A DNA stretch of 64,000 nt from Bilabrum cf. latius (taxonomy: Eukaryota): positions 1,116,001 to 1,180,000 of the forward strand of contig OZ237747.1 of assembly GCA_965178125.1 (NCBI GenBank), written 5' to 3'. This document shows positions 12,143-25,400 of this stretch, piece by piece. A model generated the notes under the pieces. The model searched no databases, was not told the origin of the DNA, and saw nothing but the letters and a program-made list of their open reading frames with translations. The translations under genes and the position numbers were made by a program. The first letter of the stretch is position 1, and each line of letters begins with the position of its first letter.

Positions 12143-13560
12143 CTCTGCCTGCCGTAATTGGTGCCGAGCCTTCTTTGCTGCCTCCATCCTCTGCTCTTCC
12201 TCCATGGCGGCATCATACGCATTCACCAGACGGACGTGGTTGCCATTGTCTTCCATGGTGTGTAGCCTGCGACACGCCTCGTCTAGTCCCTGGGATAATG
12301 GTACGTGAGCAAATTGCCATGTTCTCCGGCGCACAGCGCGCACTCGTCCTGCCATTCTGCCCCCATTCGCTTGTTATGCGGTGTGCATACTTACCTGTGT
12401 GTGTATGTTTGTCACACGTACGTCGATGATGACGTCTTTACCGTCTTCCCCCGTGTAGATCGCGTCCGCGTACCTGCTCTTCCCTTTGAGCAGCCCACTT
12501 GGCTTCATGGTTCTTTGGCGTCCTACGGCGATTCTGATTACTTTGCCGAGGGTCTCTTCGATTGCCATACTGCCTCACGTGGCGAAGTGTGCTGTTGTCT
12601 GATCCGCACCGGGCCCAATGCAATGGGTCATGCAGATGCCCCTACTTGCCGCACCTGGGCATCGGACAGGTGTGATTCTTCTCCTTCTTGAGGTCGTGCT
12701 GCCCCTCTGTCGTCAGTTTGGTCCGTAGCTGAGCGATGGGGCGCGCCTTGATCTAGGGCACCTCGGTAAGACTTGGGATCAGGCCCGACTGATTCCGAGT
12801 CGTTCGGGTCCTGGTTTGTGCTCCCGAGGCACTTCCCTGGGGGCAAGTGCTCGAGTGGAGGCTGAGACGGAGCACGCAGCGCCACAGATATAAAGATCTG
12901 GACACTGGAGTTCTATTGAAAGGTGGTGATTCCACGGATTCTCTCGAATCTGCCGACTGTTGGCCAACGACGGGCTCAAACTCCAACATTCACGCAGCAA
13001 CTCAACTGATGCATACTTCGACGGCCTCAGTGATGCCTCCGTGGTATTGAAGGATGGGTTCTGCTGTGTGTGCCCTCCTGCGCGAGCGAATGCTGATCCT
13101 CACGTCCTGCACTTGTTGCCTTTCTAGCCGCATGTAGTCAAGGGGGTACTCGTCCAACAGTTGCCCTGCTTCGTGCTTCAGCATGAAGCGTTCGCACTAG
13201 GCGTACGCTGCTGCAGCCTTTGAATATGCTCTGGGGGTTGCCTCCCATGATGACGCGCTCTGGTCCTGCCTATTCTAGTTTAAGATGCACCCAGTCTGAC
13301 AGGTTATTGCACTCCATGAGCCATGCTGGGGGTTGCTGTATCGCCTTCTATGCTCGTGCGAGACGGTCCGTCCCGGTCGACGGTCCCCTATTGGCGGCGG
13401 GGTGGTGGACGGCGACGCTGATTCTATGCACCACGCCGAGACCGGGAAAGAGCAGCAAGAGACCCGAGAGCACACTCAGAGTCTGCCCAGAGCTACAGCG
13501 CCATGGCAAGCCAGTCTTAAGTCACTCGTCGCGGCGGCATTTACGGAACCTATAAGTAGC
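12143..13560 (-). mobile_element. Degenerate 3' part of an RLE-type (restriction-like endonuclease) non-LTR retrotransposon
   Basis: Minus strand: CPMPRCGK*GHLHDPLHWARC (CCHC, 12668-12606), then RH, then after a frameshift YADAIYTGEDGKDVIIDVRVT (PD..D-like endonuclease). TGA/TAA stops and frameshifts are present. The upper boundary is approximate. Confidence 0.6.
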
Positions 13561-13798
13561 ACTAGCAGCACACCAACCTCTGACCCACTTTCTGCGACCC
13601 TAGCACGATAATGGGCAGTCGAAACCATGAACTGGGGAAAAAATTCCATTGCCACGTGTTAAGGTCCCCGTAGTCTGTTCAATATGGCTCTATTCACTGG
13701 TCTGTGCCGCCACACTTGACGCGTCATCCCGTACGGAACCCGTTGCGATTGCCCTAGACAGTTAGATGGCGGACGCAATAGAGCGTTTCCAATGGTAA

Positions 13799-16700
13799 GA
13801 CAAGTACAGGCATAGTTATTATAGCAACCATTGCACGCCGACCACCGCATATAACCGCGGCGGCTACAAGGACTGCACGGCAAATCTTGGAATCTTCCGC
13901 ACGATTGCGAGACCACCTTGCCTATTTCATTGTATTCCTGTCCCAGCAGAGGACTTGCGTATTTTGTTGTATCCTGAGATTCACTGTTGGAGGGGTTCAC
14001 TTCCGGAGACACTGCTACAAACCGCCAACGCAGCGTAGTGTTCGGGAATATCGTGCACTTCACAATGTGGGGAATTACACCAGAAGGCTGCGCTACGAAA
14101 GCCGGCTGCAACGCTGTCGTTTAGAAATTATGATACGGCGTGCCGCTTAATGTTAGTATTGGGAACCACCCGCGGTACTACCACGGAAGTTGCGGGGAAA
14201 CTTGCAGACGCGTCGCCGCACAAGCACCTCATGAATGCAAAATCCGTGGCCGGAAGCAGTCACCTTTAGCTGCAGTCTAGCCATACAAGGTATATAAATA
14301 CAAATACTGGTTGGATTGAACCATGTTCAGCTCATCCGGACTCCAGGCCTACTCGATACGAACCCAGCCTCGTGGACGCGGCGACAGGTTGCGCCAGTCC
14401 TGGCAACTGGGAACCCAAGACAACGCATACTGCATCAATACAAGAGACGAAACTTCTATTAGGCAAATTTCGAGTGAGGAAGGATGTTCATCCCGGGATA
14501 GTGCGGCGTCGCAAGCCCACGTCGAGCAAGGATGCCTCACTTGCCGTGCAACGATCGGAGCATTGTGGCCGCGAAATGTCCAGGCAAATTCGCAGCCTGG
14601 GCCGCCATCGGCAGCGAAGGAGAAGGCAAGTTGTCGTCATCTCATGTAGCCTTCTGGTCCTGGCAGTACTGCTGACCATTTTGTGCGGAGCATGGGCGAT
14701 TCCTTCGCTTCCTTCAAGCTGCTATGCTGGCACTGGCGGTCGCCTGCTGCGATAGACAGGCTGCCTTGAGCAGCCGCCATCAGCAGCGGCAATCCACCGA
14801 ATCGACTTGCGGCTTGCCTCTAAATCTGTTCCTCAAGGCGTTTTACTAGAGCATGCCATTGGTGTATGTGCGACGGATAACTTTTGGGAATGGGACTCAA
14901 CCAAGCCGCTCCTTGGACTCCGGTATCAGGCGTGCATCAGCGACACTGGTGCGAGGGCATCAAATAGAAGCAGCAGGGTTTCCGATTACACCCGAGATTC
15001 AAATCAGCACCGTGATGAGTGGAAGCTCCCTCCAACGTACGTGAATGCAGTTGAGGGCTTGCTGATCCTTCTTGCGTGGGGATATTACACCAGTACGCAC
15101 GATCCTGTCGGGCGCTGGGCACTGCAGTACATCCTTCTATGTGATGTTCTGCCGTTCACCCGCCACGGAATGCAGTTGCTCTCCACATCATGGTCGTGTG
15201 CCCCGGCTCTGGGCACACCTCGGGGCGGACGAAGGCGCCTGCCAGTGGGCGACGACGGCATTCGGTTGCACGCCCAGCACAGAAGCAACCGAAACAACCG
15301 AGTGCAGCAGTTGCCTTTCAGGACAGATCCTGCTGAATGTTCTACCCGCTTGGCAGCAGCCGCTCACCTACTCGACACCGAGACGGACCACGTCTGTGAT
15401 CGCTCGAGTGAGGGCCGAATGCATCGTGCTCAGTTTTCGGGTGCATGTGTATGTCCCTTGCAGACATCTGTCGACCCTACGGGAAGCTCGCTTGGCTCCG
15501 CAGCTCAAGGACGCATGGAAAGACAGCTTGTTACTGGCAGAGACGTGTATGCCCGTGGCGAGACTACTTCCTGTGGATGTGGAGCTCACCTTGCAGGCGA
15601 GCCGTCCGAGCACAATGTACGGGCGCCGGTGCGGCAGTCCCCGGGCGAGGCACCTTTTGCGCTTAGCCTGCGAAATGACGGCAATGACCAGGCCTTGTTC
15701 AGGGTCCATGATGCTGGAGGCATCCGATCTATGCTGGATGCCTGGTCTCCTGCTCGCTGTGAGATCGCTGACGAAGTACACCGCTGGGCAACCTGTGGCG
15801 ATAGAGAGCTGCTGATGTGGCCCGAGACGACAGGGATGCAGCAGCATGTCGACTCACAGCAGGAGCAAAGAGAAGCGGCCACGCAATTGCATCCTGAAAT
15901 CTGGTCTTGCGTGCACTACGTCGAGGTGTTTGGCGCAAGAAGTGCATTCAGTATCGTGACACATGCAACGAATGATAATGATCCCGCCACCAGATAGAAT
16001 GACTGGGAAGATGGATGGTCCAGTGCAGTTTAGGCGGGCGAGATTCCAAACATAAACCACGAGGAAGCCGACTACGCCAGCACAATCACTGCAATCGGAC
16101 CGCACTCTGTGGCAAGCGTACAACCAGGGATGCCCCAGCAAGGCTAGCCCTAGATTTAGTGGCCTGCACCAGCACCCGGAGACCAAGTAAGGGCGGCTCA
16201 ACAACAACAAAATCCCAACAACTGCCAAACGACCGAGTCGATTCCCAATTCTGGATCGGGGGCTGAAGACATCAAGACGGTGACTGCTGCTCGTGGCTGC
16301 AGAGAAGCAGACGCCTGTCGCCACGACGGCCAACTTGGCCAGCTCCAGGAGGCCCAATGCAGTCGCCGTTCAAGCCAACAAGGCACCGGCCGAAGTATGG
16401 GCCTACTTTCGTGGGGCGAACGCCCGGGCAGCGGCAGGGACAGACTGCATGCTCTGTCAGATGCAATGGAAAGCAAACTCAGGTGGGTTTCCAGCCCAAG
16501 CTTCCTCAACAGAATTTCAAGAGGAGCTTTCAATGGATTTAAAGCAGCTGAGCAAACCACATGCATGCGTGCAGACCAAGACGATTGCGGTGGTTCGGGC
16601 AGCGATGCAGACGAGACAGCGTGCAGTTCCAGTGAAAGTGAGGACGACACGGGCAGCGAGCAGATCCTTATGGCAGTGAGGATTTTCCTGCGTAGTCGGA

Positions 16701-17848
16701 CAACACAAGCTTGGGTCGTTGGGAGTGGTGAGGTCCACGGAGAATCCCAGTGGCAAGCCGAGGCCGAGGGACCCGAAATGCCACCCGCGCCAGCCGAGGC
16801 CCAGGGACCCGACATGCCATCCGCGCCAGCCGAGGCCCAGGGACTCGACATGCCATCCGCGCCAGCCGAGGCCCAGGGACTCGACATGCCATCCGCGCCA
16901 GCCGAGGCCCAGAGACTCGAAATGCCATCCGCGCCAGCCGAGGCCCAGGGACTCGACATGCCATCCGCGCCAGCCGAGGCCCAGAGACTCGAAATGCCAT
17001 CCGCGCCAGCCGAGGCCCAGGGACTCGACATGCCATCCGCGCCAGCCGAGGCCCAGGGACTCGACATGCCACCCGCGCCAGCCGAGGCCCAGGGACTCGA
17101 AATGCCATCCGCGCCAGCCGAGGCCCAGGGACTCGACATGCCATCCGCGCCAGCCGAGGCCCAGGGACTCGACATGCCACCCGCGCCAGCCGAGGCCCAG
17201 GGACTCGAAATGCCACCCGCGCCAGCCGAGGCCCAGGGACTCGACATGCCATCCGCGCCAACCGAGGCCCAGGGACTCGACATGCCATCCGCGCCAGCCG
17301 AGGCCCAGGGACTCGACATGCCATCCGCGCCAGCCGAGGCCCAGGGACCCGACATGCCATCCGCGCCAGCCGAGGCCCAGGGACTCGACATGCCATCCGC
17401 GCCAGCCGAGGCCCAGGGACTCGACATGCCACCCGCGCCAGCCGAGGCCCAGGGACTCGACATGCCATCCGCGCCAGCCGAGGCCCAGGGACCCGACATG
17501 CCATCCGCGCCAGCCGAGGCCCAGGGACTCGACATGCCATCCGCGCCAGCCGAGGCCCAGGGACCCGACATGCCATCCGCGCCACCCGAGGCCCAGGGAC
17601 TCGACATGCCATCCGCGCCAGCCGAGGCCCAGGGACTCGACATGCCATCCGCGTCAGCCGAGGCCCAGGGACCCGACATGCCATCCGCGCCAGCCGAGGC
17701 CCAGGGACTCGACATGCCATCCGCGCCAGCCGAGGCCCAGGGACCCGACATGCCATCCGCGCCACCCGAGGCCCAGGGACTCGACATGCCATCCGCGCCA
17801 GCCGAGGCCCAGGGACCCGACTGTACGAAAAGCCGTGACTGCGACTGA
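13799..17848 (+). CDS. Orphan >1200-aa protein with hydrophobic segments and a C-terminal 12-aa repeat; true start unresolved
   Basis: One frame is open from 13799 to TGA 17846-17848 with 8 TAGs, joining ORFs 14372.., 14807.. and 16280... A possible first exon starts at ATG 13766, with a GTAAGA donor at 13795. Confidence 0.65.
16756..17821 (+). repeat. 36-bp coding minisatellite, ~29-30 copies (DMPSAPAEAQGL)
   Basis: Tandem units of gacatgccatccgcgccagccgaggcccagggactc. Confidence 0.95.
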
Positions 17849-18932
17849 TTTGTTAGCCCATTTACGTGTGGATACTCTAACTCGTAAGCAGTTTTGTTCG
17901 TGTTTGCGAAACTTGTCATCCGGATCTTGTAGGCTGCGTATCCACTCTGGCAGGCTACACAGCTTGTACCTAGTACTTCTGAACACGCTGCGGCATCCGA
18001 TATTTTACGAGTGTACAGACCAATACTAATTGGATGGTACGTTGTCTTCAACTTGTCCTTAGTGTAGGATCCAATGTCAGCGAGACGCTTTGGCAGCTCG
18101 TTGAAAACAAATCTAGCAGAGGCTCAGCACCACGTAGGGGTATGGAAAGCGACAAGGCCATTGACACGGTCGCAATACCTAACAAGGCTGCATATCCCGA
18201 TTAGATCTACGTGCAAAAGTCGGCCACAAAGTCAACTGGGTGGGCACAGGCGTGCGTCCACAGTGGTGAAGCAAATCCAGGCATTGGTGAGACTGTGCAC
18301 GCGGGTAAATACTAAATTCTCCGTACAGTATGTTCATTGCAGTACTTGCAACAGAGCCACAGCTTACAAGGAGTCTTAAATTTCCAGGTACATACATCCA
18401 CCGGATACGCTAGTGCCAACGAAGCAGAACAACAACATACTGTTACACACTACTTTGATTTGACTGGCTTTAGTGAGACGACAAATGGATAACAGTGCGA
18501 CGGGTTTGCGCGGTAGTTGGTCGCACCCGGCAGAGCCGCGTCATTGCTAGCGCAGCCAAGCATTTTGTCCATCACAGGGGAACCTCCTGGCGTAATTCTG
18601 AGGCTGCTATCTCGATCGACCGCAGAAAACACCCGTGGAAGCCAAAAGAAGCTACTCAATTCGCAAGATTTGATCTAGACGGCTCCTCCAAACTCTTCTG
18701 TTGCAGTACGACGAGGACCCACTGAATGTCGTACATGTACGATTAACGGTACCTGTTCAATTCGACTCGAAAGGTGGGTGATAACAACGATTATTTAAGT
18801 TATGTTTCAGGCTTGAATGCATGGCAACCATGGTTTAGCATGATGCGAAAGAATCATCCCTGGAAAGGGCGACGGCTGTGTAGTCCAGCTACCAAGTTTG
18901 CCGACCAAGCCTGATTCAGTGATACCGAATTG

Positions 18933-21704
18933 ATGTCCAAAACATGTCTTAGAACCAAGATTTACTTGTTTAGAGTCGTAGCCCCCACCGCAGAGACGAT
19001 GCCTGCCTGTGGTAACAATGATAGAGAGCTTCCCAGCGAGTGTGACCCTTTTGTCACAATGGGAATTGATTGCTACGTGCAGGACTCGATTAGATTCCTT
19101 GCTACATGGAACATTGATGCCCTCCGTCGGCTGCAACCTGCCCTTCAGCTCTATTTCGGGAGTGGAACACTCGACCAAACACGGTCTTTACAAGAGTTGT
19201 GCGATATGGAAAAGAGTTACCTGCTCGGATTCATGCTTCAGTAGTTGGTTGACTCGTTTCGAGACTTGCAGCGATCAATGAATGAGATTCCGAGCTTATT
19301 CAAGACTGCTGGTGGAAAAGTCGTCTACGACTCGGAGCAGTCATTACCTTCGCTTCAAGTTTGCACGACTAAGTAGTTCCCAGCTATCAACCAAAATCGC
19401 CAAACGCGGCTGGTGCGTAAAATCTAGTGGTCCGCAGCGCCTGTACTAGAAATGGGGGGTCCAACGAGTAGGCGATCTTCCAGCCACCAACGACAACTTC
19501 AGGATGCCTCACGATCGGACGTCCGAAATGCTGCCGTGGGATCATCGTAGCGTAGAAGTCGCTTTGTACTTTTCCTGCTAGTTGGATGCTGCAGCTGTGT
19601 TGTCCAAGCATCCCAATTGCCCTGCGCGGACGCATTGGGCCCACTGGGGAGGCCTTCCAGCGCTGAAATAGCAGCGGGCCGGAGGCAGTGGATGCCCAGC
19701 AGATCCAGCAGCGAGGAAGTAGGGAGACAAGACGCTGAGCTCCTGCGAATCATTGCTCAGGTATTGTTATATTGTCTGCGGGTAGCCATTCCGATGGTCT
19801 GGGCCTACCTCTCTGACCTGTGGACTGGACAAGGTAGACTGGATCTAGATGATGACATCCCGAGGGGGCGCCGTCAGGCCACTGTGGCGACTCGCGCCTT
19901 AACCAACGGTACCGAGGCGCATGCAGCAGGAGATGGCAACTAGTCTGCCGCTGGCAGCCCATACGAAGCTGTAGCAGGTCCAGATAGCCCTACAAGCCAG
20001 CATGGGCGCCATCGAGGTCTGCCCGCGACTGGTGCAGGTGCAGGCCAAGAGCACACCACTGACAGCGATTCTGGCCTGCCGCCCGTGGTAGAGCCTGCCG
20101 CGTGGCACCGTGGGCAGTCCAATCGCGAGGAATTGGATGCTGCTTGCAAAGACTTGATGGCTCGGGTGCAACAAGGCGCCGCATCTGAGGTTCCTGATGG
20201 CGACCCTGAGGTCGGTGGCAGCAGCCGGGAATGGACCCAGGCGGAAGAAGACGCCAAACGCAAGCAAGCCGAGCACCTGGGCTCTTACGCAGAGACTGGA
20301 GTAACGATCGACCCGCTTTTAGAATTGTGCGACATGGAGTTGGAGGATGACTTCGATCAACAACACCAGGACGCCCCGGCTGGTCGAGACCAGGCACAGT
20401 ACCAAAGGACCTTTCTGCCACATCACTCAAGTTCGCAAGTGTCAGATAATGGATCTACCAATGATTCCCTGTCGCAAGGGTCCGTTGATCATGCGGCGCC
20501 TTCAAACATCAACGCCTAGGCCCGCAGTATCGTCGCGAGAATGCGACTGCCGGGCGATCTGCGGTGGAGGTTCACGGTGGACTCGGAATCTGGCAGTTCG
20601 GTGCCGAGCTTGTCTGGTCTGCTCGCTCCTGGCACTCACCCCGACGAGCAATCTGCATCGACCGCTGGTGATGTAGATGCTGCAGATCCGAGTCTTCGCT
20701 CCGTGCAGCCGTATCCTACCGGTGCCACGTGTGACAATGACGAAGTCGACGAGCTGTATGAGCAACACTGGCCCACCAATGAGGACTGTCCCGCCTTGGA
20801 GTTGGAAGTACATCTTGGCAGGAGCATGGGAGGGGCATCTGACGATGCAGGGTTGAATCCCAGGAGGCCCGAAGACCCATCACGTGAGTGGGATGATGCA
20901 TTCTAGGCAGCCAGAGAGATGAGAGATGACAACTGCACCGCAAGTATTGCCTCCTGTGAGCCATGGCGATCAGTGAAGTGTACCAGCGAGGCAGGTACAT
21001 CTCGCGCTCCTTCGACGGCGACTCCACCCGGCAGCAACGCTGCAGCAGCCGCCAACGCAAGGAGCATATCGTGGATCCCCCTGGCCCTTCTTGATCGCCA
21101 AGATGCGCAAAGCGTCGCAGCTGGGGCAGCTTCCTTTGCCTGGGGCTCCGATCCTGCAATAGCTCTTGACCTGGACGCAGCACACAGCGTTCGAAGTCGG
21201 GCCCAGGAGGAAGGGAGTAGTCGTCCCCAGGAGGAGGGGAATAGCAGATGTCCTCCGATACAAGGGGCTGCCGTGGGCCCAGCCGAAGGCGGTGCATGTG
21301 CTGCTCCTTGCGGCAGGCAACAAACCAGCCAGGGGCGGCGCAGGTCTGCCAACGTTTAGCAAGCCCAGTCCCGCCGACTGCTCGATCGTTAGACGAGAGT
21401 GGAAAACTAGAGGAAGAGGGCCGCCTCAGATGCTCAAGCTGCTCTGCCTGCCAGTGGCAGGGGCCGCTTCCAGCGTAGTGCCTTTGGCGGAGTGCCCGCT
21501 CGCTCGCAGGGAGGCAGAGCTCGATCTGAGACGCAAGAGACGGAGGCAGTCGCAAGCACGGCTGCTAGTCAGTCTTCTGGGTGTTCTGACGTTGGCGATG
21601 CACGTTCAGACAGGAGCCCCTCAGATCTGAGCAGCGATGACCTCAGTGAGGGCGATTGCCCTCATGCCGGTCGCGAGGAGAGAAGTGCCGCTGTTGTCTC
21701 CTGA
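18933..21704 (+). CDS. Orphan ~923-aa protein with two hydrophobic segments and an acidic disordered C-half
   Basis: ATG 18933 to TGA 21702-21704 with 10 TAGs, joining ORFs 18930, 19617, 20085, 20541, 20919 and 21492 in the same frame. Confidence 0.75.
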
Positions 21705-22482
21705 TTCAATGCGTTTCTACGCGTTTATGCACCGATTTGCTTGCGATGCTTCACATGATTCATTTGGTTTGCTTGCTGTTGCGATACAAGAATCTAGATG
21801 AACTTGTAAACCCGAGCGTTTGCTTTATTGCTTCAAGTTCATGCCTGCCTGCGTTCTCACAGGTGCCCCTCATAACATCGCAAAATGGTACTGATAACGA
21901 CGCTAGAAATAGTGAGCCACGGACTTGCGAATTGCTAGTAGGTCTAGGTGGCAAAAGTTTTTGAAAAGTCCACACTACTTATAGTCTGAAATTCCGATTT
22001 ATCTTGGTTTTCTGAGAAAACCTTCTTGCGTTACAGTTGTGCAGTTTCGATTCTTACGGAGGAGATTTAATCGTGTAAGGTCTTAACCATATCGATTATT
22101 TTGGTTGGAGATGCTGGAGTCTTCAATTGCTTGATAAAGTGCTGATACCAGCCGTATTCTCGGCAGCTACTCGGCTGTATCAGATTCGATTCGGTTGACT
22201 TATGGTTGTATAAATAGCATTTTTCTAGGCAAAACGATAATCTCTGGCGCTCTGTAGACCACAGCAAATTTCTGCCGCGGTTTTGCACTCGCTAAACCCT
22301 TCTTCTCGGTGTGCTACCGCTAGCATGCCGCTAGCCTGTGCTAGCTTTTGTGGCGCAGTACGAATTTGACGCGCCGAAATCTACGAAGCACGTCAAATCT
22401 ATGCTTATTTTCTTGCCGCAGTCTAGTCTGGGCCTGCATAATAGCGAGACTGCGGCTCCAAGGCAGCAATCCCCGATTGGAC

Positions 22483-25400
22483 ATGCAAAGCCCAAACGGG
22501 GACGACTAGGAGCAGCAGCCCCCACCGGTACCTCCCGGAGATTTACGAGTGCATTAGGAATTGTAGCTTGCTGACTCTGAAGGCGCAGATCCAGGGGCTG
22601 TTCAGCCGTTGGTCACCGAAGCAGAGACCGCCGGTGCAGAACCAGCCGAGGCCGAGCTGTCGGTCGCCGAAGCAGGGATCGCCGGCCCAGAACCAGCCGA
22701 GGCCGAGCTGTCGGTCGCCGAAGCAGGGATCGCCGGCCCAGAACCAGCCGAGGCCGAGCTGTCGGTCGCCGAAGCAGGATCAACCCGTGCAAGGCCATCC
22801 GGCCCGCCGGCCATTGAGCCACATACGGCGGGCTCCGAAGACGGTGATCCGATTAACCCCGAAGAGGATGCGGGTGGGACGGGAGACCCACAACCGTGCA
22901 AAGGATGCCCACCAGAGGCAGCTGTTAAAGCTACGCCCTCTACTGTTCATATGAGCATCACGAAGGCAGCAGCAGATCAGCGTGTCACTCAAATTGCTAA
23001 CGAAGTTGCCTCGAAGTACGCCCTGAGTATGGCCACCGAAATCGCGGCAAGGATCAGAAGCGAAGTACCTGGATACGCTGAATAGGACCCAGATTTCGGA
23101 TGTGAGCGAGAGGGGTAGGCCCAAGGGGCGCCCCACTTCCAGTCTGGCGCGGACCTCTCCTCGAGCCAGCCACTCGACAACATCGCATCGCAGCCATCCC
23201 CTGCTGCTCGCCATGCTGGGCCGTCATCCACTCAGGGTCACCGTAGGGAGCGTCCGGAGCCAGCATGCTCAGACATGATCACTAAGGCTGAGTATCTCAC
23301 TGATGATGGAATGGTAGATTCGGCCGAAGAAGATGGAATGGCCGGTTCAATTGAGGCTGGGGGAGAGAATAAGCTGGCCAGTGGCTCGATCCAGACCCAG
23401 ACTGAGAGCGAGCCGCACATGGGCCCGATCCAGGCCCAGCCCGATGCGAGCCAGACGACCGGTGCCTCCGCGCAGACTGAGAGCGAGCCGCACATGGGCC
23501 CGATCCAGGCCCAGCCCGATGCGAGCCAGACGACCGGTGCCTCCGCGCAGACTGAGAGCGAGCCGCACATGGGCCCGATCCAGGCCCAGCCCGATGCGAG
23601 CCAGACGACCGGTGCCTCCGCGCAGACTGAGAGCGAGCCGCACATGGGCCCGATCCAGGCCCAGCCCGATGCGAGCCAGACGACCGGTGCCTCCACGCAG
23701 ACTGAGAGCGAGCCGCACATGGGCCCGATCCAGGCCCAGCCCGATGCGAGCCAGACGACCGGTGCCTCCGCGCAGACTGAGAGCGAGCCGCACATGGGCC
23801 CGATCCAGGCCCAGCCCGATGCGAGCCAGACGACCGGTGCCTCCACGCAGACTGAGAGCGAGCCGCACATGGGCCCGATCCAGGCCCAGCCCGATGCGAG
23901 CCAGACGACCGGTGCCTCCGCGCAGACTGAGAGCGAGCCGCACATGGGCCCGATCCAGGCCCAGCCCGATGCGAGCCAGACGACCGGTGCCTCCGCGCAG
24001 ATTGAGAGCGAGCCGCACATGGGCCCGATCCAGGCCCAGCCCGATGCGAGCCAGACGACCGGTGCCTCCGCGCAGACTGAGAGCGAGCCGCACATGGGCC
24101 CGATCCAGGCCCAGCCCGATGCGAGCCAGACGACCGGTGCCTCCACGCAGACTGAGAGCGAGCCGCACATGGGCCCGATCCAGGCCCAGCCCGATGCGAG
24201 CCAGACGACCGGTGCCTCCACGCAGACTTAGCATGCGTAGCATTGTGGGTTTATCCACAGCCAAGCCATCGCAGTCTAGCCGTTTGCAGTCGTCATGCAA
24301 CCTTGCTTCGTGTTCATGTTGCCTGGTGTGTAGTCAGGCTGTATCGTAACGTTTAGTGGGGCACAGGTGCGTGGTGGACTCTTTCCCGTACAACAGGCGT
24401 TATCTGACCCCTCCAACAAGATGGCTGTAGCGATGTGCAATGTGCCGATGCCCCCTGCCAATCCACTAAATGGACTTTCAGCAGTACAGATGGACTAGTT
24501 CATGCGATTCGTAAGATGCACGATCAATCAACAGCCGCAAAAGTTTTGGGCGCCCTCCGACTACGCGCCGCAGAAGCTACTCATTACAAACCCGTCGTCG
24601 GATAACTGCCAGACTGGTGCATCAACTCATGGTGAAATGGACCCGCCGGAGAGTAAGCACACTGTATTTGAGTCTCCTACTAGAGTGGACTTGGCAATGA
24701 GCGTGGCTCCCATGGCCGCATCTGCCGACTAGATGCGCAAGGCAGACAGCAAGAACACCGGGGCCGAGTCTGCAGGCAAGAAGGTCTCGTTAAATAGCCG
24801 GAACAAAGACAACCGGATGAAGATGCAGGTCTACAAGTACAGAGAAGTTATTCGCCGGGATTTGGTGCGTCGCATGCGTGCATCTCGATCAGGCATGATC
24901 TGCCGTCAAAATGCAGGAGCACACCGACCTCAGGACGCCCAACGCGAAACTACTTGGAATCAAGTTGCAATGATGAACGAAAGATTTCAAGTGGCTATTT
25001 CGCCTGGCGACCTGCGCGAGTCCGTCTGCAAGATTCCGGCGCTGAAGCTTACGAAGCACAGTCAGGTCGCCATACCACTACCTGGGATAGAGGTACGTAG
25101 TGTGACCTGGATAGAGGCGGATGATTGGAGCGCTACTTGGCGTTGGGGGGGCACCCCTGGCCATAATAGGCGCCTTCATGCCTGTTTCCACCGCCCACTT
25201 GAGGAGCTGTCTCCACTGGAATCGCGATAGATTCCACTGGATAGTTTCGCCACTCAATCTAGGGCGTGCTGCCCCGATGAATCGGAGACCCCTTGGGAGC
25301 TTCAGCCTAGGATCGCGGACCCCAGTTCCGATGCCCCCGTGCAGTACCGTGACTCTAGCGGCGCCCCTATGCACGCGCTATATCGCCAGGCAACAGACCG

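Noticed and set aside
12374-12376. In-frame TAA in the RLE-like frame
   Set aside because: The element is decayed, with TGA stops and frameshifts, so it is uninformative about the code.
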